DNA of 64,000 nucleotides from a virus. Its lineage: Duplodnaviria; Caudoviricetes. This document shows positions 19,044 through 28,759 of the stretch, piece by piece (position 1 is the first letter of the stretch; each line of letters starts with the position of its first letter). The notes below the pieces were generated by a model. It had not been told where the DNA came from. It did not search any database and saw nothing but the letters and a program-made list of their open reading frames with translations. The translations under genes were made by a program, and so were the position numbers. Location of the stretch: IMG/VR virus record IMGVR_UViG_3300029798_000001. The stretch is one strand, 5' to 3'.

Positions 19044-19759
19044 AAATATTAGACAATCTAAATTTAGAATTTAGAGAAGCAGTATATATGAATGGCCCAG
19101 GACAATGGTTGTGGCCAAAAGATGATCAGCAGTGTTGGAATTATTTTAACACCAGTGAAAAGACACTGTTTGACAGCAAAGGGAAAACCCCCTATCACTT
19201 ACCACACGATATTATAGAATTATTACCAGTTAACAGACGAGATCTTATTTTTCAAGCAGGTGGCAATGGTGGATTGTATCCATCAATCTATGCAGAATTC
19301 TTTAAACAGGTTATAACATTTGAACCGCATTATAGATGGTTTGCTTGTTTGAGTATAAATGCCCCCGAGGATAATGTTTTTAAATATCGTGCGGCATTAG
19401 GAAATGATAACGAACCTATACAAATTGTAATACCCGATAACAATATGGGAGGTATGTATATGCAACCCGATGGTATCATTCCTAAGTTAAAAATTGATTC
19501 ATTTGGATTAAATCCAGATCTAATACACCTAGATATCGAAGGTGCAGAATATGATGCCTTGTGTGGTGCTGTAGAAACCATTAAAAGATCTAGTCCGGCA
19601 ATTGTTCTTGAATGGGATAGCGGCATTATGCGTAGGTTTGGATATTCAAGTGGTGTCCTTGAACAATTTTTTAAAGATAACAATTATGTTTTACAAAAAT
19701 CCTGGCCAAGAGATCGTGCCTATGTACATGAAAGTAATTATAAAGAGGAATTAAAATGA
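19040..19759 (+). CDS. FkbM-family methyltransferase
   Basis: QAGGNGGLYP, FEP, LIHLDIEGAE. Confidence 0.85.
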   Translation: MKILDNLNLEFREAVYMNGPGQWLWPKDDQQCWNYFNTSEKTLFDSKGKTPYHLPHDIIELLPVNRRDLIFQAGGNGGLYPSIYAEFFKQVITFEPHYRWFACLSINAPEDNVFKYRAALGNDNEPIQIVIPDNNMGGMYMQPDGIIPKLKIDSFGLNPDLIHLDIEGAEYDALCGAVETIKRSSPAIVLEWDSGIMRRFGYSSGVLEQFFKDNNYVLQKSWPRDRAYVHESNYKEELK

Positions 19760-19886
19760 TGAACGCAAAAGATTTAGCAGATCAATTGATCGATTGTGCT
19801 AAAAATCTACAAGAGTTTTGTGTTCCGGCTATGACTCGGGCCGAGGCCGAAAGTCGTGTCGATGCCCGGTTAAACGGTCAACGAGT

Positions 19887-20213
19887 GTGACCTATGTTGT
19901 AGCAGAAGGATGTATTCTCTGTAAGCATACTGATTGTGTTGATGTTTGTCCGGTAGATTGTTTTGTAGAGGGGCCAAACTTTTTGGCTATTGATCCTGAC
20001 GGGTGTATTGACTGTGCGGTGTGTGTTCCAGAATGTCCAGAAAATGCCATCTACGCCGAAGACGATGTTCCGGAAGATCAAAAGCAATTTATTGCAATCA
20101 ATGCCGAACTGGCTAAGATTTGGAAACCTATTACCAAATCTAAAGACTCTATGCCCGAAGCTGAAAAATGGGCCGGTGTTGCTAATAAACTACAGTATCT
20201 AAAACGCAGTTGA
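19887..20213 (+). CDS. fdxA: 7Fe ferredoxin (FdxA/Azotobacter FdI type)
   Basis: GTG start; TYVV..CI.CKHTDCVDVCPVDC...CIDCAVCVPECP. Confidence 0.92.
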   Translation: MTYVVAEGCILCKHTDCVDVCPVDCFVEGPNFLAIDPDGCIDCAVCVPECPENAIYAEDDVPEDQKQFIAINAELAKIWKPITKSKDSMPEAEKWAGVANKLQYLKRS

Positions 20214-20270
20214 CCCAAAAATAGTTATTTGTTATAATAGTTGTATGATCAATTATTATAGACTATAATC

Positions 20271-22883
20271 GTGAAGAAAAAAACTGTATTCCGTCGTACT
20301 GCCATGGCCATAGCGGTATCTACCGTTTTCTTATTATCAGCTTGTGGTGGAGGAGGTGGTGGAGGAGGAGGTGGAGGTTCCAGCCCTTCATATACTAAAC
20401 CAGATACACCTACTCAGTATTATAGTTCTGGCACCCTGGCCAATTATGGATTTACCGCTGGGTCACGCTCGACGGTTCCTTACAGCACTCCTACTCTAGT
20501 CAGCACATTTAATCCTTACTCTGCGGATTCTAAGACCACTAACGTCAGCCAACAATATGTAGTAAATAATTTAACCGGCGATGGCGCCGATGATATGATT
20601 ATCACTGGTCGTGCCACCCAACCGACTACTGCCGCAAACTGGACCAATTCTTCTATACAACTGTTCAATTGGGAAAACGGTCAGTTTGTTAATAATACAG
20701 CCAAGTGGTTTGCTTCTGGCACCAACTCTATTTTGGGGACTGATCCTACAGTGCAGTTTGCTGATTTTTTCCATACCGGTCATACTGACATGTTGATCAG
20801 TCCCAGCACCGATATGCAATGGTTTGGATCCAGTGGTATTAGCCAAGCATGGTTATTTAAAAATACAGGTAATCAATTTAATTTAAACACTATCGATCTT
20901 GGTGCACAAGTATGGGGGCACGGTGCTACCATTGCCGACTTGACCAAGACCGGCTGGATGGATGCTATTATCACCGACTATGGTCCCAATACCACTTTCT
21001 TAATGAACAATCGCGTAAACGGATTTACAGTATATCAAGCAACCGGTAAAAATGATCTTTACTGGGGCACAAGTAGTATAGCAGCCGCAGACTTTATGAA
21101 CAATGGTTCAACACAAATAGTAGCCACAGACAGCACCTGTGCAAATGGTAGTAATATGCTTGGTTGCGGAGCATCTACTACTAAAATGTATTCTTGGGCT
21201 ATTGATCCTGTTACTAATAAACTTAGTATTAACTGGGCACAGGACTTACCAACTCCTATTCTAGGTAACAGTAGTCATAATTATCTGGTTATTAACTACG
21301 ACTTCCTTAGCAACGGAAATCAAGATTTAATTGTGTTTAGCCAACCTAATTTGAGTTCTGTTAAACAATCAGCCATACAATTTTTACAAAACGACGGGCA
21401 TGGCAATTTTACCGACGTGACCAGCAGTATGTTAGTGGGCTACAATACCAATACCTACGGCACATACCATCCACAATTTGTAGATCTTGGCAATGGTCAA
21501 ATGAGTATGATAGTAAGTCAGCAAGATTATTCGGGCACAGCAAATAGTAGCACACAAATCTTAATTAAACAAAGTGCCACAGGTCCGTATGTGTCAGCGT
21601 TTCAAAATATTATCACAGATTTTGCCAGCCAGGCCAATTTGATTGCCAGCAGTAGTAACAGTGGAAATCAAGTTGCTATAGTTAAAGATGCTAGTAAAAA
21701 TTTATATCTAGTAAGCACTCTACAGTTCCAAGGTAACGCTAATAGTCCAATGCGGATGAGCACCTATCTGAGTTTAATTGGCGGCAGTATAAGCACTACT
21801 ACTGCCCAGGCCGCATTTAATCAAGTCAAGGCCGTGTGGCCTTGGATGAGTCCGGCCCAGGTCAACCAAGTTTTAGCGCAAACATCTAGTAGCTACATGA
21901 CCGACGCCGGCGTCGGATTGGTATTAAATCCTGATAAGATGCTGAACCCAGTGGGCGCAATGAGCGTAGCTACTAGATCTGGTGCCATGCCCTTGTCTGG
22001 AGGTATTGCCGGTGTTAATCTTGGCGGCATGAATCAGCTACAGGCCTTTGACAGTCTTGGTCGCAACTATACAGTAAATTTTGCTAACAGTAATTACACA
22101 GGCCCTAACAGTTTTAACACCAACACCGAACATATCGATCAGTATAATATGACCAGTCACACAGAATACTTGTTAAACGGCCCTACTAATACAGTATATT
22201 CACCCATAGGTGCCATGCGCCTAGGGTATGAAAATCGTAATCCGTTTAACACCATGGGTGCTCCTGTAGCTCCTCGAGAGTTCGGTGACCAGTCCGGTAA
22301 TCAAGGATTGTACTTGGGTATGACGCAACCTAAGCAGTGGAGTTTTGGCCTGCCCGAAATATACCGTAATGGTAACTTCTCAACTGGCCTACAATATACC
22401 AGCCTTAACACCAACCCCTGGGTAAACTTCACTGGAGCATTTGGTTCAGTTAGTAATAGTGGCACTCTTGAACAAGTAGCGACCTACGCACGAGACGGAT
22501 TTAGTGTGCAGGGTGCCATCATGCGGACCACTACTAATTTTAGATCTGGTATGGTCACTGACGTAACTCCAATTACAGCGGCCTGGGCTGAAACCGGTTA
22601 TAGATATCGCGAAGATCCGTTTGGTGATCTGGGTGTTTATGTGGGTGTTAAACCGGTAGTCCTAAATGGTAGTGTAACAGCGATCTTGCCAACCGGTGTT
22701 GACAATGCTGGCAATACCGTATATACTACAAACAAGATGGGTATTGCGAGTAACACTACTCCATACCTTAGAGTTTTATACACTGGTGTTATTGATCGCA
22801 ACAATGGCTATAGATTAAGTGGAATGACCACTCAAGACGGTTTCTACCGCGCAATGGCCGAATATAGATATACATTTAATTAA
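20271..22883 (+). CDS. Large lipoprotein with FG-GAP/VCBS-like repeats and a C-terminal beta-barrel-like region
   Basis: Lipobox LLSAC plus poly-Gly; DLTKTGWMDAI, DFMNNGSTQIV, DFLSNGNQDLI, NDGHGNFTD repeats; aromatic C-terminus YRYTFN. Confidence 0.65.
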   Translation: MKKKTVFRRTAMAIAVSTVFLLSACGGGGGGGGGGGSSPSYTKPDTPTQYYSSGTLANYGFTAGSRSTVPYSTPTLVSTFNPYSADSKTTNVSQQYVVNNLTGDGADDMIITGRATQPTTAANWTNSSIQLFNWENGQFVNNTAKWFASGTNSILGTDPTVQFADFFHTGHTDMLISPSTDMQWFGSSGISQAWLFKNTGNQFNLNTIDLGAQVWGHGATIADLTKTGWMDAIITDYGPNTTFLMNNRVNGFTVYQATGKNDLYWGTSSIAAADFMNNGSTQIVATDSTCANGSNMLGCGASTTKMYSWAIDPVTNKLSINWAQDLPTPILGNSSHNYLVINYDFLSNGNQDLIVFSQPNLSSVKQSAIQFLQNDGHGNFTDVTSSMLVGYNTNTYGTYHPQFVDLGNGQMSMIVSQQDYSGTANSSTQILIKQSATGPYVSAFQNIITDFASQANLIASSSNSGNQVAIVKDASKNLYLVSTLQFQGNANSPMRMSTYLSLIGGSISTTTAQAAFNQVKAVWPWMSPAQVNQVLAQTSSSYMTDAGVGLVLNPDKMLNPVGAMSVATRSGAMPLSGGIAGVNLGGMNQLQAFDSLGRNYTVNFANSNYTGPNSFNTNTEHIDQYNMTSHTEYLLNGPTNTVYSPIGAMRLGYENRNPFNTMGAPVAPREFGDQSGNQGLYLGMTQPKQWSFGLPEIYRNGNFSTGLQYTSLNTNPWVNFTGAFGSVSNSGTLEQVATYARDGFSVQGAIMRTTTNFRSGMVTDVTPITAAWAETGYRYREDPFGDLGVYVGVKPVVLNGSVTAILPTGVDNAGNTVYTTNKMGIASNTTPYLRVLYTGVIDRNNGYRLSGMTTQDGFYRAMAEYRYTFN

Positions 22884-22884
22884 T

Positions 22885-23253
22885 ATGACAACATTACTAG
22901 ACACACAAGAAGCAGGCATTGCACCCTGGATTGATAAGATAAAAGATCATCCATTGGTTGCAGTATACCTAGACCGATATCCTTGCACTCCCGGACATAG
23001 ATTATATGTGCCTAAAGACGATAATCCAAATTGGATTGTGCAGGCCATGGAACAAGCCCTAGCCGACGGTAATCATATGGTAGAACAAGGTGAGTGTGAT
23101 GGGTTTAACATTGGTTTTAATTCTGGCACAGCAGCTGGACAGACTGTTATGTATCCTCACGTTCATCTTATTCCACGCAGAGCGGGCGATGTAGAAGATC
23201 CAGTAGGTGGCGTTAGAAATACAATACCCGGTAAAGGAAACTATAAGAAATGA
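22885..23253 (+). CDS. HIT-family nucleotide hydrolase
   Basis: AGQTVMYPHVHLIPR histidine triad. Confidence 0.9.
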   Translation: MTTLLDTQEAGIAPWIDKIKDHPLVAVYLDRYPCTPGHRLYVPKDDNPNWIVQAMEQALADGNHMVEQGECDGFNIGFNSGTAAGQTVMYPHVHLIPRRAGDVEDPVGGVRNTIPGKGNYKK

Positions 23254-23411
23254 TTATTGAATTAATTGGAACTTGGATAGTTATTGGATTCTTTACAGCA
23301 ATTGGATGGGGCACTGCTCAAAAAACTGTAGTGGAGCCATACATTAATCCAGCAATTGACAAAGTAATGCCTCCAGTAAAACCAGAAGCACCTACTGAAC
23401 AAACTAAATAA
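23250..23411 (+). CDS. Small membrane protein (53 aa)
   Basis: ATGA overlap; hydrophobic N-terminus MIIELIGTWIVIGFFTAIGWG. Confidence 0.5.
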   Translation: MIIELIGTWIVIGFFTAIGWGTAQKTVVEPYINPAIDKVMPPVKPEAPTEQTK

Positions 23412-23432
23412 ATTCACTAAGAAAGAGATTAA

Positions 23433-23666
23433 ATGGCACAAGACAGAACTTTTACACTCGAATTGAAAAATGATCAAACGATCACTTTGAAGTTTTCACC
23501 GATTGAATCTACCGGCGATCGCTTATGGCAGATGTTTGCAACTACAGAAGCACTCGATATTGTGGAACAACTGATTAGTCAAGGTGCTGATACTAGCACT
23601 AAGTCGGCTAGAAAAACAGCGCCAGATCCTGGTGCAGTCACAGTCACACCCAAAAAGAAAAAGTAA
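23433..23666 (+). CDS. Hypothetical protein
   Basis: ORF track; CTAAATA late promoter upstream. Confidence 0.5.
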   Translation: MAQDRTFTLELKNDQTITLKFSPIESTGDRLWQMFATTEALDIVEQLISQGADTSTKSARKTAPDPGAVTVTPKKKK

Positions 23667-23671
23667 ACAAC

Positions 23672-23737
23672 ACCGGCCTTTACGGCGTCACCCCGGTATA
23701 CAAACTCTGCCGCCTATGCTATAATCTAACATAGGAG
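23672..23737 (+). promoter_or_regulatory. Candidate structured 5' leader (pseudoknot plus SD-sequestering hairpin)
   Basis: ACCGG/CCGGT stem; loop CGGCG can pair with TGCCG (23708-23712); CCTATG/CATAGG hairpin covers AGGAG. Confidence 0.45.
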
Positions 23738-23793
23738 AATATATTTAAAACTACCATAGTATGATAAATAAAGTTAGACTATGGAGAGTTGAA

Positions 23794-24642
23794 ATGTATT
23801 ATCTTATGATAAAAGAGATTGAACAAACAGGGTTAAAATACCTCTGTAAACGAAAACAATACAAAGACCCATTAGACCACATCAAATACAAGGGGTCCGG
23901 TAAACTTTGGAGACGCACTTTAAATGCTCATCCAGAGTATACACTAAAAACAACTGTATTAGGATTGTATGATAAAAACGACCTAGCAAAATATGGTCTA
24001 TATTATAGCAATCTATACAACATAGTTGAATCAAAAGAGTGGGCAAACTTGATGCCTGAAGTAGGAGCCGGCGGACAAACTCACAAAGGAACCCATCCAT
24101 ACAAGAATATTGAAACAGGTGCTATTGTGTATAGAACGGAATGCCCAGAGGGACACGAGCCATTCTTTAACACACAAAAAGAAACCAGAGTTATACACAA
24201 CCCATTGACAGGCGAGTCTAAAAAGGTCGAGCCAACTGCTATTACTCCAGAAGGGTGGGTAGATGGCGGTGTTAAAGGCAAATCATATGGACCAAAAAAA
24301 GGACAGACTAAAGTTTATCATAATGGCAAACATAAGATTTATATCAAACACGGAGATCCTGTTCCGGAAGGATTTGAGCCCGGTGTCCATTATACAGGAA
24401 CTACCAAAGGAAGAGTAGGGTGCCATAATCCACTTACTAAAGAAAAACGGTATATTGATAAAAATGATCTTGTCCCGGAAGGATTTGTAGTAGGGCTCAC
24501 TCCGACTACTGGCAAAAAAATAAGCACTCCGTTTGGAGTATTTAATAGCGTAACTGAGTGTATGGCAAATACAAAGTTGACAAGATACGCTATTGAGTGT
24601 AAAATTAAAACAGAAAACAATTGGTTTTATATAAAGGATTAA
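23794..24642 (+). mobile_element. Seg-like GIY-YIG homing endonuclease
   Basis: YYLMIKE..GLKYLC, YKGSGKLW, WAN; C-terminal P[ED]G[WF]..G repeats and HTH; own GATAAATA promoter and GGAG RBS. Confidence 0.7.
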
Positions 24643-24643
24643 A

Positions 24644-25141
24644 ATGACATACCCAGCAATTCAAAAAAAGTATATGAGCACAAAAGAATATAAAGATGCC
24701 TTTCCTGTGGCATATCGCCAATGGCGAGATGATGGCAAATGTTCTATCGTTCACGGCTATGCGTTAACCGTTCGATTCTTTTTTGAATCGGATGAGTTAG
24801 ATGTCCGGAACTGGGTTCAAGATTACGGCGGACTTCGCCCACTTAAAGAGCAATTAGAAGAATGGTTTGATCATCGTTTATTAGTAGCCATTGACGACCC
24901 TCATAAAGATTTATTAGTAGCATTACACGATGCCGGTATTGCTAAGATTACAGAAGTAGAAAAGACCGGATGCGAAGGTATTGCTGACTTCTTATACGAA
25001 TATGTAAACACTATCTTCTTACCAAGTTATGGTAAAGCAGAAGCAGAGCGTATTTGGTGTTGTCGAGTAGAGGTTCGTGAAACACAAAGCAATATGGCAA
25101 TGCGGCAAGGGCATCGAGAGTGGAATGAATTCACAGATTAA
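24644..25141 (+). CDS. queD: 6-carboxy-5,6,7,8-tetrahydropterin synthase
   Basis: C..VHGY, DYGGL, FDHRLLV..DDP, GCEG, VEVRET. Confidence 0.85.
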   Translation: MTYPAIQKKYMSTKEYKDAFPVAYRQWRDDGKCSIVHGYALTVRFFFESDELDVRNWVQDYGGLRPLKEQLEEWFDHRLLVAIDDPHKDLLVALHDAGIAKITEVEKTGCEGIADFLYEYVNTIFLPSYGKAEAERIWCCRVEVRETQSNMAMRQGHREWNEFTD

Positions 25142-25150
25142 GAAAAATAT

Positions 25151-25375
25151 ATGAACGAGAAGATTAATGGACTTTGGGACAAGGCTGTTACCTTGGTTGA
25201 ACAAGAACCAGATGGGGATTGGTCGTTAGATACAATTAAAGACAAGTTCGCCGAGTTGATTGTTAAAGAATGTATTGGTATTTTAGAACCGAAAAGTAGA
25301 TATATGGGCGAAGGTCCCGAAGTATTAAAAGATAAGATTAGACAGATTAACCGACATTTCGGAGTTGAAGAATGA
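25151..25375 (+). CDS. Small protein of the FAELIV..C...HFGVEE paralog family
   Basis: Same motifs as ORFs at 57648, 58910, 60411 and 61591. Confidence 0.75.
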   Translation: MNEKINGLWDKAVTLVEQEPDGDWSLDTIKDKFAELIVKECIGILEPKSRYMGEGPEVLKDKIRQINRHFGVEE

Positions 25376-25470
25376 AGATATGGTGCTACTGTGTTGAAGT
25401 TCGTGAAACACAAAGCAATATGGCATTTCGTGAAAGCCACAGAGAGTGGTGCGAAGATTTATTTGCTTAA
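25372..25470 (+). pseudogene. Duplicated 3' end of queD (32-codon mini-ORF)
   Basis: MKIWCYCVEVRETQSNMAFRESHREW versus QueD IWCCRVEVRETQSNMAMRQGHREW; 27-nt identity 25399-25425 = 25073-25099. Confidence 0.8.
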
Positions 25471-25497
25471 TAAACGGCGCATATAAATATTCGCACT

Positions 25498-26316
25498 ATG
25501 TCAAATGAATACAAAATAGCAGTTATACTACCTACACGGGGCCGCACTGCGGCATTAACACACAGTCTCGTCGGACTATTAGAAAAAGCCGCGGATCTGG
25601 ACCAGATACAGGTATTGTTAGGCTTGGACACGGACGATACAGTAGGCATTAAACATTTCCAAGAATCATTACAACCCCAGTTAGATGATATGGGCGTGGC
25701 CTATACCGCCATGACATTCGAACCCATGGGCTACAGTCGTCTTAACGAATACATCAATACCCTGAGTAAAGAGTCTAGTGCAGATTGGATCTTTTTTTGG
25801 AACGATGATGCCTTGATGGAGAGTGACAATTGGGATTTAGAAATTGTTAAACGCACCGGTGAATTTAAATTACTAGCAGTTCACACCCATAACGACCATC
25901 CTTATAGTATATTTCCAATCGTTCCAAGAGAATGGTTAGATGTCGTCGGCCATTTAAGTTTACACAGTATGACTGATGCTTGGCTAAGTCAAATTGCTTT
26001 CATGATAGATATTTGGGAACGTATCGATGTGCATGTTGTCCATGATCGGGCCGACCTTACTGGTAATAATTTAGATGCTACTTATAAACAAAGAGAACTA
26101 CTAGAAGGCAATCCTAGTAATCCTAGAGATTTTCATAATCCTAGCATGACTGTATTGCGTATGCAAGAATGTGAAAAATTATCAATTTATATGAAATCGA
26201 TAGGATTAGATACTACCTGGTGGAAAAATGTTAAACTTAGCAAACAAGACCCTTGGGAAAAATTAAACCTTAACGATCCAAATGGCCAAATGAGACAGTT
26301 TCAATTTAAACCCTGA
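25498..26316 (+). CDS. GT-A (family 2-like) glycosyltransferase
   Basis: VILPTRGR and FFWNDDA (DxD-like); TATAAATA promoter at 25483. Confidence 0.75.
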   Translation: MSNEYKIAVILPTRGRTAALTHSLVGLLEKAADLDQIQVLLGLDTDDTVGIKHFQESLQPQLDDMGVAYTAMTFEPMGYSRLNEYINTLSKESSADWIFFWNDDALMESDNWDLEIVKRTGEFKLLAVHTHNDHPYSIFPIVPREWLDVVGHLSLHSMTDAWLSQIAFMIDIWERIDVHVVHDRADLTGNNLDATYKQRELLEGNPSNPRDFHNPSMTVLRMQECEKLSIYMKSIGLDTTWWKNVKLSKQDPWEKLNLNDPNGQMRQFQFKP

Positions 26317-27029
26317 TGAAATACCAAGTCACCACCCGGCATGGTCAAATGATACTGCCCTACGCTAATGATTACATTGCACAACAATTAATTAGTAATG
26401 GCGAGTATGAATGGTATGTAGTAGATATTATTAAACAGCTTAGTCAAGGACATGCCACAGGAATCATATTAGATATTGGGGCAAATATTGGAACAATGTG
26501 TTTGCCGTTAGCAAGAGATTTTCCTAATTATCAAATACATGCATTTGAAATACAGCCAAGATTGCTCAAAACTATAAAAGAAAATATCCAGCTCAATGGA
26601 TTAACTAATATTGTATTATACGAACACGGGCTTGGAAATATAGTTGATATTATATCCATCAGACAACCGGTTTATGATTCTGCTACCAATATCGGAGCAC
26701 TCAGTTTAAATCCATTGGTGTGGGAACATAGTGATATTAGTGTTGGGCACGGTGATGCTATTGACATTAATGTCGTTCCTCTTGATTCTATAAAGTTTGA
26801 TATTCCTATTAGATGTATAAAATTAGATGTCGAAGGATATGAACGATTGGTGATTGAGGGTGCTGTTGAAACTCTTAAACAACATAACTACCCGCCAATA
26901 GTTTACGAACTATGGGGATACAATGCTTGGTGGAAAGAGGAAGCTAAAAAATTAAAAGACCTATTGATTCAGTTAGGATATACTGATTTTAAACAAATCG
27001 ATGATACCGGAATTGCTATACACCCATGA
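26316..27029 (+). CDS. FkbM-family methyltransferase
   Basis: ILDIGANIG, AFEIQP, IKLDVEGYE. Confidence 0.9.
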   Translation: MKYQVTTRHGQMILPYANDYIAQQLISNGEYEWYVVDIIKQLSQGHATGIILDIGANIGTMCLPLARDFPNYQIHAFEIQPRLLKTIKENIQLNGLTNIVLYEHGLGNIVDIISIRQPVYDSATNIGALSLNPLVWEHSDISVGHGDAIDINVVPLDSIKFDIPIRCIKLDVEGYERLVIEGAVETLKQHNYPPIVYELWGYNAWWKEEAKKLKDLLIQLGYTDFKQIDDTGIAIHP

Positions 27030-27751
27030 AAAATTATCTTGTAAAAAGTCTTTTTAAAATTAAAGATCCTGATTGGAAAATATTAGATCGAAGTTACGAA
27101 AAAAATATGTATGAAAACTACATAGAGATGCATCGTCTTAGTGTTGCCAGTTATAAAAAATATTTAAAAGGCGACTGGGAATTAAAATTTATAACTGGTA
27201 ATTGTGATCATATTAATCAGGCTTTTGAAAATACTTTCTGGGCTATACATGATTTGTGGCACAAAGAACCATGTAATATTCTGTATACCGACCCAGATAC
27301 AGTAGCCATCAAGGATGTTGATCTGTGGGATCAATACGACCGTTTTATGATGTTTAATCATACAGATCCAAAGTCATTGACTACTAATAACATATACAAT
27401 AAACAGTTTGATAATTTTTTCAATGCTGGTGTACGATATTTTCCATCTACAATGACCGCAGATACTTGGAAATTAGGGACAGCGATTGCAAAAAACTGGG
27501 ATTATACAACCTACAATACTGAACAAATTATCCTAAATGACATGTTATGGAATCAAGGTATCGGCCTAAAAGAAATTATAGACCCAACTATGGCTTATCA
27601 GGTTTTAACTTTAGACGAAGCGCAAAGTGATATATGGAATAACAGTAAGTTGAGCCAGGCAAAAATTCTACATTTTCATAGCAGCAGAGATTCGTTTTCC
27701 CGGCGAGAAATTATGAAACAAATTTCTCAAGCCCACGGAACAATTTGTTGA
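27026..27751 (+). CDS. Nucleotide-diphospho-sugar transferase-like protein
   Basis: ILYTDPDT, FNAGV.YF, EQ.ILN, ILHFH. Confidence 0.6.
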   Translation: MKNYLVKSLFKIKDPDWKILDRSYEKNMYENYIEMHRLSVASYKKYLKGDWELKFITGNCDHINQAFENTFWAIHDLWHKEPCNILYTDPDTVAIKDVDLWDQYDRFMMFNHTDPKSLTTNNIYNKQFDNFFNAGVRYFPSTMTADTWKLGTAIAKNWDYTTYNTEQIILNDMLWNQGIGLKEIIDPTMAYQVLTLDEAQSDIWNNSKLSQAKILHFHSSRDSFSRREIMKQISQAHGTIC

Positions 27752-27782
27752 CTTTATCTTAATATTGCGTTATAATAGTAAC

Positions 27783-28331
27783 ATGAAAAAAGTATATTAC
27801 TCCTGGCAAGATGTTGAGAATCAGACTCAAGAGATCCTACGTCAGCTACAGCGTGATGCTTGGGTTCCTGATTATGTAGTCGGACTCACCCGGGGCGGAT
27901 TGGTTCCGGCTAACCTAATTAGTCAGTACTTAGAATGCCCAATGGAAACTCTTAAAGTAAGCCTACGAGATGATAATAGCTCTCCCGAAAGTAACTTATG
28001 GATGGCCGAAGAAGCATTTGGGTATGTTCCAAAAGATGAACAGATATTATCTGAATTTGATTATGCTATTACAGCCAAAAAAATCCTCATTATTGATGAC
28101 ATCAATGATAGCGGTGCCACATTAAATTGGATCAAGCAAGATTGGATGAGTGGGTGCTTGCCAGGGCATGAGCGTTGGAAAGGTGTTTGGGGTAATAATG
28201 TCCGTGTCGCCACCTTAGTAGATAACGAAGCAAGTGCTAGTGAATTAAATGTTAGTTATTCAGCCGTCGGCCTAAATAAGGCTGAAGAAGATTCGTGGAT
28301 TGTTTTTCCTTGGGAAGATTGGTGGAAGTGA
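27783..28331 (+). CDS. Type I phosphoribosyltransferase (gpt-like)
   Basis: VGLTRGGLVPA, ILIIDDINDSGAT, WIVFPWE. Confidence 0.88.
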   Translation: MKKVYYSWQDVENQTQEILRQLQRDAWVPDYVVGLTRGGLVPANLISQYLECPMETLKVSLRDDNSSPESNLWMAEEAFGYVPKDEQILSEFDYAITAKKILIIDDINDSGATLNWIKQDWMSGCLPGHERWKGVWGNNVRVATLVDNEASASELNVSYSAVGLNKAEEDSWIVFPWEDWWK

Positions 28332-28759
28332 GATTACTAGCTAAAATTATATTGATTTTTTTATTTGGTCTAAATACATCCTGGGCCGACACCTGGATTA
28401 GCATTGGCGGTGGCACTTATCATACTTGTGAAACTTGTGGGTATAACGGTGTTAATCCGGGATTAGGAATACAAACCGACTATTCAAAAGACTTGCGTTT
28501 TGTGGCAGGTGGATATTATAATAGCTACTATAAAGCTAGTTTTTATGGTGGCGGTGCTTGGCAACCAATACAGTACGAAATAATTAAAGTTGGAATAGTT
28601 GGCGGTGTAATATCAAACTATAATAATCTACGGGTGCCACTAATGGCATTACCCGTTATTAGTATAGAAGGTGAGCTACTAGGTATTGACATTATGGGTA
28701 TTCCGACAATAACAAACCATTCTGGTATTATAACTGCAAATTTAAAATTTAAATTATGA
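28328..28759 (+). CDS. Secreted small outer-membrane beta-barrel protein (PagP-like)
   Basis: Signal peptide; NPGLG, G.Y.NSY...S.Y.G, alternating beta strands, terminal FKL. Confidence 0.45.
   Translation: MRLLAKIILIFLFGLNTSWADTWISIGGGTYHTCETCGYNGVNPGLGIQTDYSKDLRFVAGGYYNSYYKASFYGGGAWQPIQYEIIKVGIVGGVISNYNNLRVPLMALPVISIEGELLGIDIMGIPTITNHSGIITANLKFKL

Noticed and set aside
20346-20378. GGA/GGT triplet repeat
   Set aside because: Encodes the usual poly-Gly linker after a lipobox; no sign of a contingency locus.
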